A stretch of 64,000 nucleotides of DNA, taken from contig JACOYC010000009.1 in NCBI GenBank assembly GCA_016182015.1, positions 6,953 to 70,952 on the forward strand, in the 5' to 3' direction. The notes under the pieces were generated by a model. The model saw only the letters and a list, made by a program, of their open reading frames with translations. It searched no databases and was not told where the DNA came from. Position numbers and translations under genes: made by a program. Below are positions 8,836 to 17,812 of this stretch, in pieces; position 1 is the stretch's first letter; each line of letters begins with the position of its first letter. This stretch comes from Nanobdellati archaeon (GTDB taxonomy: Archaea; Nanobdellota; Nanobdellia; UBA10117).

Positions 8836-10932
8836 TTATTCATTCCTCCCCAAAATATCTGAGAGAGCGCTAAACTCGCGGTCATTTATCACGAAGCCCT
8901 TATCTGCCCGTACAAACTGGCCGTCAACCATCCATCCTCTTACTAGATAAGATGTGTTGCCAGTCGTGTTGTAAACGCGCACAGTCCAGTCTGTCTCGGC
9001 GTTTGCAAAATCAATTATGTAATCAACAGTCGAATTGCTTAATGTCCTGTTTGCACTGTATTTTTCATTTGCTATGTCGCGCAATGCCGAAGTGTTTGTT
9101 CCATTGTCAAACTTTACTGATTGCCACGGGTTTGACTCGTAGTTTGGCAGCAGACGCGCCTGGACTAAGCTGTCAATGCTGCGCTGTGCCTGCTCCCATG
9201 CACCCAGCTCGCGGCTGGCCTGCGCATTGTCGACCAGACCAACAAAGTAAGAAGCGTTCCTTTCCGTCAGATATAATATTTCATTTCTTGCCTGCACCGC
9301 ATCAGAAAATCCCTGATTGTATGCTGTCCTGTCAGAAGCATTGTTCCACTCCCATACCTTGCCAACCAAATCATCCAGGCTTGCCGGCGAGTCAAGGCCA
9401 AGTCTGCTGGCAAAGTCTCTGAAGCCCTGCAGGTATTTTGCTGAAATCAGGCCATCAACCTGCTGGCCAAGGTATGCTCTGTTTGCTTTCTGGTTTTCAG
9501 GGACAGCTACGCCATGCCCTTCTAAATAATCTACTAAGGCATCTGCCGGCAAGAGTGCTTCAAGCTGGCTTGCTGTCAAGCCTGTAACTGCAATATCATT
9601 TGCCCTGCCTAGCTCCTGCAGCTCCTGTAGTTTGTAAGTTGAAGCATTGCCTTGTTCGGAATCCCACTGCTGCAAAATCCCGGTTTTGTACGATAAGTTT
9701 ACCAAATCAGACGTGCTTCTGCTGTCAAGTGCTGCCCGCGAACCAACACCCAGTGCATTAAGATAAGCGCTGCGCGTGTTCCACAACGCGTCTTTGAATC
9801 CTGTCAGCGAGTCAGCCAGCAGGACAGAGTCATGGCCGAGCTGGTAGTCAACCTGCACTAAGTAGTTTACAACTTCGCGCTGCTTCTGTTCATTTGTTAA
9901 ATTAGCATTATTTCTTATTGCTGAAATGTTTGTTGATATGCCTGCAAGATCTGCGCCTTTTGCTACGAGGCTTGCCTTCATTAAATCAACCGCGCTCCAG
10001 CCGCCCTGCTGGAATGTATCGTTTCCGGCTATCCTGCCTGCGCTCATGTTAAATATTTCAGACGGCGTGTGGCCGAATACTTCTTCGAGCGTGAAATGAT
10101 ACGGCGCGCCCTGCGCAAACGCCAGAACATTTACATAATCTGCAAAATCCTGCGGCGTTCCGATGTTTAATTTGCCGGATACCCTTGCGTAAGAACCATC
10201 AACTCTTCCGTTATCGAAAGCATCATTAATTTTAGCAACCTGTGACGCATTCAATTGTCCAGATTTTCCATCAGCCATAAATGCGCCGCTTGCCTTTCCA
10301 TCGGCTACGTGTTCCAAAATACTTAGCGCGGAAACATTTCCAATTCCTGCTGCCTGGCCCGCTGCCCTGGCAGCATCGCCATGCAGTTCAATTAATCCTA
10401 ACTGGCCTGGCAGGACAGAAACCCTTGCAGGATCCCTGTGGTATAATTTTCCAAGTACCTGCTGCGCTTTTTCGGCTGGCACAAACTGCCCGCCCAAAAC
10501 AAAACTATGATTGCCAGAAACATTAACTTCATACTGGCCCGCAGAAACATTCACTCCTAATTTTTGAAGCTCTTTTGCAGTTTCATTTCCAACCGTAACT
10601 TTAATTGGATGTTCCGCGTGCAACACGACCTGCTCCAAATCTTTATCTGTTTTTTTCGGGAAGAGCGCGCCTGACATGCCTGCAAGGACAAGGCTTGCCG
10701 CAGGTAAGACTGTACCCAATGTGTAAGCAGCGGCCTTAATCTGCCTTGCGGCCCGGGCCGCAGCACCGCTTGCCGCAATTGCTGCGCGGTTGGCTGCGAC
10801 TGCGCCAACTACTGCGCCAACCAAGCCGGAACCAACTGAGCGTAAGCCAGGCCCTCCTAAAAACTGTGTGCCTAAACTATAACCAGTTACAAATCCGGAC
10901 ACTGCACCACCAGCAGCTGCTTGTCTTCCCAT
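8836..10932 (-). CDS. membrane-anchored protein with Gly-rich N-terminal TM region and a large, probably extracellular, sequon-rich domain
   Basis: 698 aa. The N-terminal ~90 aa are a Gly/Ala zipper (GGAVSGFVTGYSLG...GLVGAVVGAVAANRAAIAASGAA). The rest carries many N-x-S/T sequons (NETA, NVSA, NVSG, NHSF, NMSA, NISA, NLTN, NASD...). No family recognised. Confidence 0.5.
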   Translation of the reverse strand: MGRQAAAGGAVSGFVTGYSLGTQFLGGPGLRSVGSGLVGAVVGAVAANRAAIAASGAAARAARQIKAAAYTLGTVLPAASLVLAGMSGALFPKKTDKDLEQVVLHAEHPIKVTVGNETAKELQKLGVNVSAGQYEVNVSGNHSFVLGGQFVPAEKAQQVLGKLYHRDPARVSVLPGQLGLIELHGDAARAAGQAAGIGNVSALSILEHVADGKASGAFMADGKSGQLNASQVAKINDAFDNGRVDGSYARVSGKLNIGTPQDFADYVNVLAFAQGAPYHFTLEEVFGHTPSEIFNMSAGRIAGNDTFQQGGWSAVDLMKASLVAKGADLAGISTNISAIRNNANLTNEQKQREVVNYLVQVDYQLGHDSVLLADSLTGFKDALWNTRSAYLNALGVGSRAALDSRSTSDLVNLSYKTGILQQWDSEQGNASTYKLQELQELGRANDIAVTGLTASQLEALLPADALVDYLEGHGVAVPENQKANRAYLGQQVDGLISAKYLQGFRDFASRLGLDSPASLDDLVGKVWEWNNASDRTAYNQGFSDAVQARNEILYLTERNASYFVGLVDNAQASRELGAWEQAQRSIDSLVQARLLPNYESNPWQSVKFDNGTNTSALRDIANEKYSANRTLSNSTVDYIIDFANAETDWTVRVYNTTGNTSYLVRGWMVDGQFVRADKGFVINDREFSALSDILGRNE

Positions 10933-11006
10933 TTTAATTCTCCAATGAAATTACTGACTGATAAGTAACGAAAATCTTTTAAAGCTTTCTGTTGTTGTTT
11001 GCAATA

Positions 11007-11804
11007 TTACTTCTCAACGTATTTCAAATATGCTGCGAGGAAGGAATCAAATTTGCCACAATCAATCTGCTTGATTCCGCCGCGCGAAACCAGGTGCAGA
11101 GAAAATCTGTTCGGAATAGTTGTAGCGTATACTCCGCCAACTACGGGCAGTACAAACTGCCTCTCGGAATAATTCAGAACCATGCCTTCCGGGTGCGGCA
11201 GGCCAGCCAAAAATTCATCAAGCTTATTTTTTGCCCCGGTGGGCTGGCCGGCTTTAGCAGCTTCGCCCAGAAGCCTTGCCAGCTCATCTCCTTTGCCTGC
11301 CAGCCTTGCCCTTGCCATTTCATATGCCTGCAAAAATTCTTCCGCGCCAACGTAAAGCTGTTTCCTAACCCAGCTTGCCTCCAGAAAAAATCTTGCTGAG
11401 CGGCGCATCTCTTCTGTGTAGCAATAAAACCCGTCTCCGTCTGCAGGGTAACTCTGATTTTGCATGCCGAGCGTCCTGAGTGCGGCATCGGTAGTAATCA
11501 TTAGTTCAAGCTCGTTGGGCTGGTCGGTTTCTTCCATTTGTTTTCTGGAAGGCTCGCCTTTTGTTTCTCTTTCTAAATCTGAATATAATTTCAAAAGTTC
11601 AAATTGTTCTGTCAGCCTTTCCCCGCCGCACTCCAAAAGCTCAGCCAGATTTACTGCAACCCTATCCTCTATATCTTTATCTTTCCGTGCCGCGAGCCTG
11701 CAAATATTTCTGTAAAAATCTTTGGGGGAGAGCGGTTTAACTGTCACTCCGCCGTTTTGCGAGCCTGCTGCCTGAACTTCTTTTGCAATCATGGTTTCAC
11801 TCAA
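11007..11804 (-). CDS. hypothetical protein
   Basis: 265-aa ORF, co-directional with its neighbours. No motif recognised. Confidence 0.45.
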   Translation of the reverse strand: MSETMIAKEVQAAGSQNGGVTVKPLSPKDFYRNICRLAARKDKDIEDRVAVNLAELLECGGERLTEQFELLKLYSDLERETKGEPSRKQMEETDQPNELELMITTDAALRTLGMQNQSYPADGDGFYCYTEEMRRSARFFLEASWVRKQLYVGAEEFLQAYEMARARLAGKGDELARLLGEAAKAGQPTGAKNKLDEFLAGLPHPEGMVLNYSERQFVLPVVGGVYATTIPNRFSLHLVSRGGIKQIDCGKFDSFLAAYLKYVEK

Positions 11805-11851
11805 ATGTGAGAATTAGCCTGATTTTTAAGGCTTTGCACACAACGCTAAGG

Positions 11852-13435
11852 TTACGCTTCTTCAAATTCCACGCCGCACTTCGGACACTTTGTTTCCGCG
11901 GCGCTAACATTCCAGCCGCAGGCAGGGCATTCAAACTGTTCACCTTCATCATCTTTATCAGATTCGCCGCCTGCGCCACCTTCCTTAGAACCTTCATCGG
12001 CACTTTTATCTGCTGCCCTCTTCCTATCATCGGCTCCTTCCCCGCTGTCTGCTGGCGTTTGAGATTTGGGTTCTGGCTCGGCTGGCGGTAGGGATGGTGG
12101 TAATGGCCGCTCTTCCCTTACCGGTGGGGGCGCAGGCGCATATGATAATGGTGGAAGTGCTGGCGCTCTAGCCAATAGCGGTCTAGCTGGCGGTGGCGGT
12201 AGCCGTGCGCTGCCGCCATCTTTTTTATCTAGTTCACTATAATAAAATTCCTGCAATTGCCTCCTGTTCTTTTCTATTTCATGTGTGAGTATGCTGCTTT
12301 CTGCTTCTACAACTTTTATCCTGCCAAAAAGTCCTACCTTATATCTTATGACGCCACCGCTGTCCGGCATAACGTAAGTCGCGATTCTGGTATCGCGGTC
12401 AAAACTATTTTTCGGAACAAGACTTTCCAGGCCAGCGCCTGATCGCCCTGCCTCTCCAGCTCCTGCCGGCCTGCTAAATTGCGGTGGAAGTAGTGGTAAT
12501 GGCCGCTCTTCCCTTACCGGTGGGGGCGCAGGCGCATATGATAATGGTGGAAGTGCTGGCGCTCGCAGAGGTGGCGCAGATTCAAACGCCAAATCCAAAA
12601 CAATTTCTAACTCACCCGGCGCAATTTCTTTAGTAACAACATTTTCGTAAAACTCCGCGTGCCCGTCACCGGACTGAATATAAAACTCTCCGTCGAGTTC
12701 CGCGCCAGCAAGTTTTCCGAATCTATTTAAAACTTTTTGCGCCCTGCCTGATGAGGCTTGTAATTGCACGGGTGTTCCGAACGCATCACTTGCCCTTTCT
12801 TGCAGGTCTGGCATGTAAACTTCTAATTCTAAACTCGTTCCACCTTTAGTTATATATTCTAGTGGCGTATCACTTGGCCACCTCGGGGCACTACTTCTTT
12901 CGCCAGCAAGCGCAATTTTCAAATGCTGTATTTTTCCTGGCAAATTATCTTTATTCATCTCTTTGTAAACTCTCAAAACGTATTCGAGCGTGGCATCTGG
13001 ATTCAAATCTTTAATTTCAGCTGGCCACCTGCCGCCCTCGTATGAAACTCTGACTAAATATTTCACTGATGCCACTCCTGACTGTTCGGGCGTCTGTGCA
13101 TCTGGCGCTCTCCCTGGCGCAGGCGGTGCGGGCGGCGTAAATGACTCAAGCTGTCCAAGCCTTTCTTCAAGGCTGGCTTTCTCTGTTGACAGTGCTGTGA
13201 TGCGCGCACCTAACTCTGCCTGCTTCGCTTCTCCGACCGCAGAATAAAATTTTGAACAAAGCTGCGCAATATTAGTAACATCAAATGCAACATCTGGAAA
13301 GGCCTCCTCAAGTTTTCTGCCATCCTTTAGAACTATGCCCTTGTCAGCAGTAACTGTATATTCGATTGGCATTCCGCCAATTCTCGCAGCGACATAAATT
13401 TCATTTGAATTTTCAGCCTTTCCTTCTTCTGCCAT
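11852..13435 (-). CDS. Pro-rich repeat protein with acidic tail and C-terminal zinc ribbon
   Basis: 527 aa. It has two identical copies of APALPPLSYAPAPPPVREERPLP. The C-terminus is FECPACGWNVSAAETKCPKCGVEFEEA (CxxC-x10-CxxC). Confidence 0.6.
   Translation of the reverse strand: MAEEGKAENSNEIYVAARIGGMPIEYTVTADKGIVLKDGRKLEEAFPDVAFDVTNIAQLCSKFYSAVGEAKQAELGARITALSTEKASLEERLGQLESFTPPAPPAPGRAPDAQTPEQSGVASVKYLVRVSYEGGRWPAEIKDLNPDATLEYVLRVYKEMNKDNLPGKIQHLKIALAGERSSAPRWPSDTPLEYITKGGTSLELEVYMPDLQERASDAFGTPVQLQASSGRAQKVLNRFGKLAGAELDGEFYIQSGDGHAEFYENVVTKEIAPGELEIVLDLAFESAPPLRAPALPPLSYAPAPPPVREERPLPLLPPQFSRPAGAGEAGRSGAGLESLVPKNSFDRDTRIATYVMPDSGGVIRYKVGLFGRIKVVEAESSILTHEIEKNRRQLQEFYYSELDKKDGGSARLPPPPARPLLARAPALPPLSYAPAPPPVREERPLPPSLPPAEPEPKSQTPADSGEGADDRKRAADKSADEGSKEGGAGGESDKDDEGEQFECPACGWNVSAAETKCPKCGVEFEEA
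12097..12168 (-). repeat. 72-bp exact direct repeat, copy 1 (inside the 527-aa gene)
   Basis: gtggtaatggccgctcttcccttaccggtgggggcgcaggcgcatatgataatggtggaagtgctggcgctc is identical base for base to 12493-12564. The copies are 396 nt apart and in frame. Confidence 0.95.
12493..12564 (-). repeat. 72-bp exact direct repeat, copy 2
   Basis: Identical to 12097-12168. It encodes the second Pro-rich motif. Confidence 0.95.
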
Positions 13436-13436
13436 C

Positions 13437-14810
13437 TTATAATCTGACCTCTGCCTTTCTTCTCACTGGCGCTACGCCAGCAGCCTCTCGCACTTTTTTT
13501 AATTCTGCTCTGGCCTCAGCAACCTCGCCCCACAAGCCCACTGCTGCTTCGTACGCTGGCCTTGCCTGCTCCAATTTTTCTCTTGCTGTTTGCAGCAGTG
13601 CTGCCTGCTCTGTAATTCCGCTGTTAATGTCTGCCAAATCTGCGCCTGAAGCCGCGGCAGAACGCTCTGCAGCCTCAATTTTATCGCTTAGGGTTTGGAG
13701 TGCGGCGCTTAAACCATCAAACCTGACTTGTGCCTGTTCCTGCAATCCTTTAACAGTTTCCAGATACTCATCAACTATTACGCGATATCCATCAAACGCA
13801 CTCTTTGCCTCGCCTTCCTTGACTGTTAGATTATCATCAAATTCCTGCAGCCTGCCTAAAAGCCCCTGCACCTCTTCTGCCTTTTGGTACATCTGCTCCA
13901 GCGCTGTCTTTCGCTCAGCAAATCCGCGAAGTTCAGCTTCAAATCTATTAAATGTATCGCTGAGTTCGGCTGACTTTTCAACAAGACTTGCCTGCTGGCC
14001 ATCAGCATATGTTGTTAATTCATCAATCTTTGTAGCAAGCTGGCCTGCCGCCTCTTCCGCGTTTCCAACCTTTGTGGTAAGCCTGCCTAAGCTGGCTTCC
14101 AAATCAGCGCGCTGGCCTTTCAATGTTTTGGCACTTTCTGCGTGCTGCCCTAACTCTGCCTCTAACCCTGCCAGCTGTGTTTTCACCCGCTCGGCAGTCT
14201 GCGCAGCCACGTCTGCAACACTTGCGTAAGTAACAACCCTTTGCGATGCCTGCTGGAGTTGCTCTTGGTATTCTTCGGTCGCCGAAATAACGCGGCTCAC
14301 GCCCTCTCTGGCCTTTCTCATCTGCTCTGCAAGTTCTACGCGGCCGGCTGCTAAATCAGCAAACCCAGTTTCTGCATTCTGCAATGCCAGCATAGCGGCG
14401 GCAGTTTTTTTCTCTAAGTCTGCAGGCTCTGGTAGCGCGCGTATATCCTTAACTTTTTTCTGAACTTCGGAATAATAATTTATATCTATCCTTCTTGATT
14501 TTCGCGGTCCTGGCAACTCGTTAATTGCTTTTATTTTTGAGGCCAGCGCATCAACATCTGTGGCGTCTATTAGTCTAGCCAGCAACCCGTATTTTTCCAG
14601 CGCTCTAATCGGCGCGTAATGTGCGTCTAAATCTTCTTGGCTAACGCCTTGTGGCAATTCGACCACTAAGTCGCTGAATGCATTAATCAATCCACTTCCC
14701 AAATACTTAAAAATATCATTGCCAACTTTAACTTCCAAAAAGAAACTGCCATCGTCGCTCTTTCTTGGCGCGTATGTTGCTGTACTTCCAGCTTGCCTTT
14801 CGTCTGCCAT
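13437..14810 (-). CDS. coiled-coil protein with small N-terminal beta-rich domain
   Basis: 457 aa. After ~110 aa it consists of long heptad-like Ala/Glu/Gln/Leu helices (…LAGLEAELGQHAESAKTLKGQRADLEASLGRL…). The following gene's start codon lies 1 nt beyond this gene's stop. Confidence 0.55.
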   Translation of the reverse strand: MADERQAGSTATYAPRKSDDGSFFLEVKVGNDIFKYLGSGLINAFSDLVVELPQGVSQEDLDAHYAPIRALEKYGLLARLIDATDVDALASKIKAINELPGPRKSRRIDINYYSEVQKKVKDIRALPEPADLEKKTAAAMLALQNAETGFADLAAGRVELAEQMRKAREGVSRVISATEEYQEQLQQASQRVVTYASVADVAAQTAERVKTQLAGLEAELGQHAESAKTLKGQRADLEASLGRLTTKVGNAEEAAGQLATKIDELTTYADGQQASLVEKSAELSDTFNRFEAELRGFAERKTALEQMYQKAEEVQGLLGRLQEFDDNLTVKEGEAKSAFDGYRVIVDEYLETVKGLQEQAQVRFDGLSAALQTLSDKIEAAERSAAASGADLADINSGITEQAALLQTAREKLEQARPAYEAAVGLWGEVAEARAELKKVREAAGVAPVRRKAEVRL

Positions 14811-14924
14811 TTAATTTCACCAATTAGTGTATACTCCAACAAACGAAAGAGTTTTAAAACTTTCGGCATGCGGCGCCACAAGACAAAGCGAAAGATTTTA
14901 GTAATTATCATTGCAAATAAAACT

Positions 14925-15680
14925 ATGCCAAACATGCACGCAGACCGCGGCCAAAGCCTTGCAGGCAGGGCAATCCTCTGCGAGCGGCATGGGGATTTCC
15001 AGCTGGCCAGAACATTGTACTTGGATGCGGCCAGCGCGTACGCGCGCGCAACAAAATCCGCTGGCTCAAAGGAACTGCAAACAAGCTATCAAAGGCTGAC
15101 AGACATTTACCTTGGCAAGGCAAGACAGCTTCGCGGCAGGCAGAGCAACCAGATAACCCTGCATGACAGCGATAACTTTGGCATAATACTGAGCGAAAAA
15201 AGCTCGCCAAACCCATTCAGGCTGACGTCAGAAATGCAATCAATAGCTGACCGGTGCATCGCCGGCAAAGGCAAAACCGACCTCGAAGGCCGGGCAAATG
15301 CAATTTTTAACTGGCTAAATGATAATATCAAATACGGCGGCAAGAAGCGCGGCAGAGTAGGCTACAGACGGGCCGACGAAGTTATCAAAACCGGCGAAGG
15401 CGTGTGCGGCGAGGATGCATACCCATACATAGTCATGCTGCGCTATGCTGGCCTTGAGGCGCGTTTTATGCTTGTTTACACAGACTGTTATGGTGCGGAT
15501 GTTTTTCATGCCTGCGCGCGCGTTTTAATGCCAAGGGAATTTTCATCGGACGTTGCGTACCATATGTATGATGTTGGGGCTGCTGCCGGCAGCGACCACC
15601 AAAGAATTAAAGTTCTTCCGGACGAAGAGGTTCTTCAAAACGAAGATGCTGTAAAAGTCTTCAGAAGCTGGCGCGGCTAA
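14925..15680 (+). CDS. MIT-like domain fused to transglutaminase-like cysteine protease
   Basis: The ORF track start is 14793. I prefer the ATG at 14925 (MPNMHADRG...), outside the divergent neighbour. The N-terminus GDFQLARTLYLDAASAYARATKS...LTDIYLGKARQLRG resembles the N-domains of the two AAA ATPases. The core GEGVCGEDAYPYIVMLRYAGLEARF ... FHACARV ... YHMYDVG fits the Cys-His-Asp transglutaminase fold. Confidence 0.6.
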   Translation: MPNMHADRGQSLAGRAILCERHGDFQLARTLYLDAASAYARATKSAGSKELQTSYQRLTDIYLGKARQLRGRQSNQITLHDSDNFGIILSEKSSPNPFRLTSEMQSIADRCIAGKGKTDLEGRANAIFNWLNDNIKYGGKKRGRVGYRRADEVIKTGEGVCGEDAYPYIVMLRYAGLEARFMLVYTDCYGADVFHACARVLMPREFSSDVAYHMYDVGAAAGSDHQRIKVLPDEEVLQNEDAVKVFRSWRG

Positions 15681-17812
15681 ACTGCCGGCGGGCGCTGTTC
15701 GGTCTCCTCGAGCTCAATGTCCGGTATTTTTACATCTTTCGGGCCATCATCCGCTGGCTTTTCCGCTGCTGTAACTTCCCTAACTTTCTTAACAACTTTT
15801 CCGGTTCCCTTCTTTATTTTTTCTGCTGCAAGCTGGCGATTTAGATCGGCTATTTGTTGCCCAGCTTCATTTAAACGCGCCGCAGAAGTTTCGGCCTCTC
15901 TTGCCATGATAGCCAGCCGTTCCTCTGCGTTTTTTGCCAGTGCATCTTTTCCAGCAATAATTTGTTTATACATATCATCTTTTTCTTCCAGCATGCTTTC
16001 AAGCATCTTGCGGATTTCTGATTCCGGCGAAGCTGCCAGGCGGGCTTCCAATTGCCTGTCTTTTTCACTCGCCGCCCTTAAATCCCCTTCCAGCCGCAAA
16101 ATATTTTCTCTTGCTGCAATTAACGCAGCAGCATTTTCCCTGCCGGCCTGTGCATCGCTTGCAAGCCTTTCAATATCCATCGCAAATCTGCTCATACCTG
16201 CGCCAAGCTCTGCATTCTCTGGCAGGCCAGCTCGATAGCTCTCTGGAAACATTTCATAAAACTCATTTAATGCGCTAAGCTTCCAGGCCGTAAGTTTTTT
16301 CTTAACCGCTGAATTCAATAAATCCCGCAGGCTGCCCGTTCCGTCGTTAAGATTGCTAATATCAACTGGCGAGCCGGAAAGCTCTGAAATATAAGCTACT
16401 ATCATGCTTCTAAGTTCTGCGCTGCTCTCGCGAATCGCTGCTATATCTTTTTCCTTGCCGCGCACAACTTCGTCGACAGACTTCACAGCCAATTTTAATA
16501 AATCGTCAACTTTCAGATTTTCCATCTTACCTTTAAATTCGGGCTTAACGCGCTCGACAAGCAGTCTCAAAACGTCTGGGATACCATATTTCGAACTGCT
16601 GTTTGCTAAAGCAGTTTTATTTATTTCCTCAAAGACGTAGCGTACTGCGGCCAGCGAATCCGCGCCCCATTTTGAATTATAAGCTGCAACAACATCCTTG
16701 CTCAAACCAAAATCACTAGCTATTTTTTCCAAATGACTGTGCAAGCCAGCCATAAATTTTGCGCGGGCCTGCATCCTTGCGGTATTTTTGCTTTGTATTT
16801 TTTCAAGTAAGTCAAGCGTGGCATCAATGGGGCGCTCATATTTGCTAATATCAGCGTCACTATCTTTTGTCCCCATCGCCTTGAGGATTTCAGTTTCTTT
16901 CTTGATAATCGGCTCCAACTGTTCTAGAAAAATCTCCTCCTGCCGCGAAAACGCCGTATAATGCTTGCCGAAGATTTTGAATAATATATAATATCTGTCT
17001 GTTTCTGGCAGAAGTTCAGGCACATCGCCCGTTTCTATATATATTCCGGAATCATTTACCCGTAATATCCTTTCCCGTCCATCATGTTTTTGCTTTATAA
17101 AAAAACCATTCTTTCCGAGCTCGACGTTTGTTACTATGTTAAGCAAATCTTCAAGCTCTAGATTTTTCTGCTGTGCCGCGGTTGCATCGCGAAACTGCTG
17201 CTCCATTTTTTCATAATTTGCAATTTCGGCGGCTAATTTATTATTTGCTATTTTTTGTTGTTCTTCTGACTCCAAAGCACTGGCCGCGCGCGACTCGGCC
17301 TGCGCCAGCCGTTGCTCTAGCTGTCCCCTTTCGCTGCCAAATCTTGAAGCCTGAATTGTAATCTCCTGCTCCATTGCGGCGGGCCCAAGCAAGTGCTCGG
17401 CAACAGTCCTAAATATGTAACACAAAGTCGCAAGATTGTATTCAAGCTTGCTACCTTCTTTTTTACTTGCTAAATCATAATTAAATAAAGAAAAACCATC
17501 ATCACCGCACTTTGCTAAAATAGAGAGTTTCTTGCCAGTCCAGTCAGTTGTGTGCACTAACAAACTACTTTTATTATAAATATCTACGCCGGAAATGTCA
17601 GAAATTTGCAGCCTAAATCCTTCCTCAGCTAGTACGAGGGCCTGTGATTTTTCAGACAGCTGGCGCGACAAACTTTCCTTCTCGGCCGTAAGACGCGCAT
17701 TTTCAGCCACTACTTTTGGCAGAATTTCCGGCAGTCCTAGCTGTGCTGGCCTGCCAGTCTCTGCATGCGGTTTAACTCCTACTCCATCCAAAGTTTTACT
17801 CGGGGGCGGCAT
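15677..17812 (-). CDS. long coiled-coil protein
   Basis: 711 aa of extended helical heptad regions interrupted by two small beta-rich modules. Its start overlaps the TPR gene stop by 17 nt. Confidence 0.55.
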   Translation of the reverse strand: MPPPSKTLDGVGVKPHAETGRPAQLGLPEILPKVVAENARLTAEKESLSRQLSEKSQALVLAEEGFRLQISDISGVDIYNKSSLLVHTTDWTGKKLSILAKCGDDGFSLFNYDLASKKEGSKLEYNLATLCYIFRTVAEHLLGPAAMEQEITIQASRFGSERGQLEQRLAQAESRAASALESEEQQKIANNKLAAEIANYEKMEQQFRDATAAQQKNLELEDLLNIVTNVELGKNGFFIKQKHDGRERILRVNDSGIYIETGDVPELLPETDRYYILFKIFGKHYTAFSRQEEIFLEQLEPIIKKETEILKAMGTKDSDADISKYERPIDATLDLLEKIQSKNTARMQARAKFMAGLHSHLEKIASDFGLSKDVVAAYNSKWGADSLAAVRYVFEEINKTALANSSSKYGIPDVLRLLVERVKPEFKGKMENLKVDDLLKLAVKSVDEVVRGKEKDIAAIRESSAELRSMIVAYISELSGSPVDISNLNDGTGSLRDLLNSAVKKKLTAWKLSALNEFYEMFPESYRAGLPENAELGAGMSRFAMDIERLASDAQAGRENAAALIAARENILRLEGDLRAASEKDRQLEARLAASPESEIRKMLESMLEEKDDMYKQIIAGKDALAKNAEERLAIMAREAETSAARLNEAGQQIADLNRQLAAEKIKKGTGKVVKKVREVTAAEKPADDGPKDVKIPDIELEETEQRPPAV

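Noticed and set aside
13366-14229. Long antisense ORFs inside the large minus-strand genes. Examples are 13366..14229 (287 aa), 15717..16238, 20689..21180, 24304..24783, 32605..33043, 34614..35111 and 39275..40582.
   Set aside because: They are Ser/Ala/Cys/Leu-rich low-complexity translations on the strand opposite to ORFs with clear domain motifs or coherent coiled-coil/TPR periodicity. This is typical of shadow ORFs.
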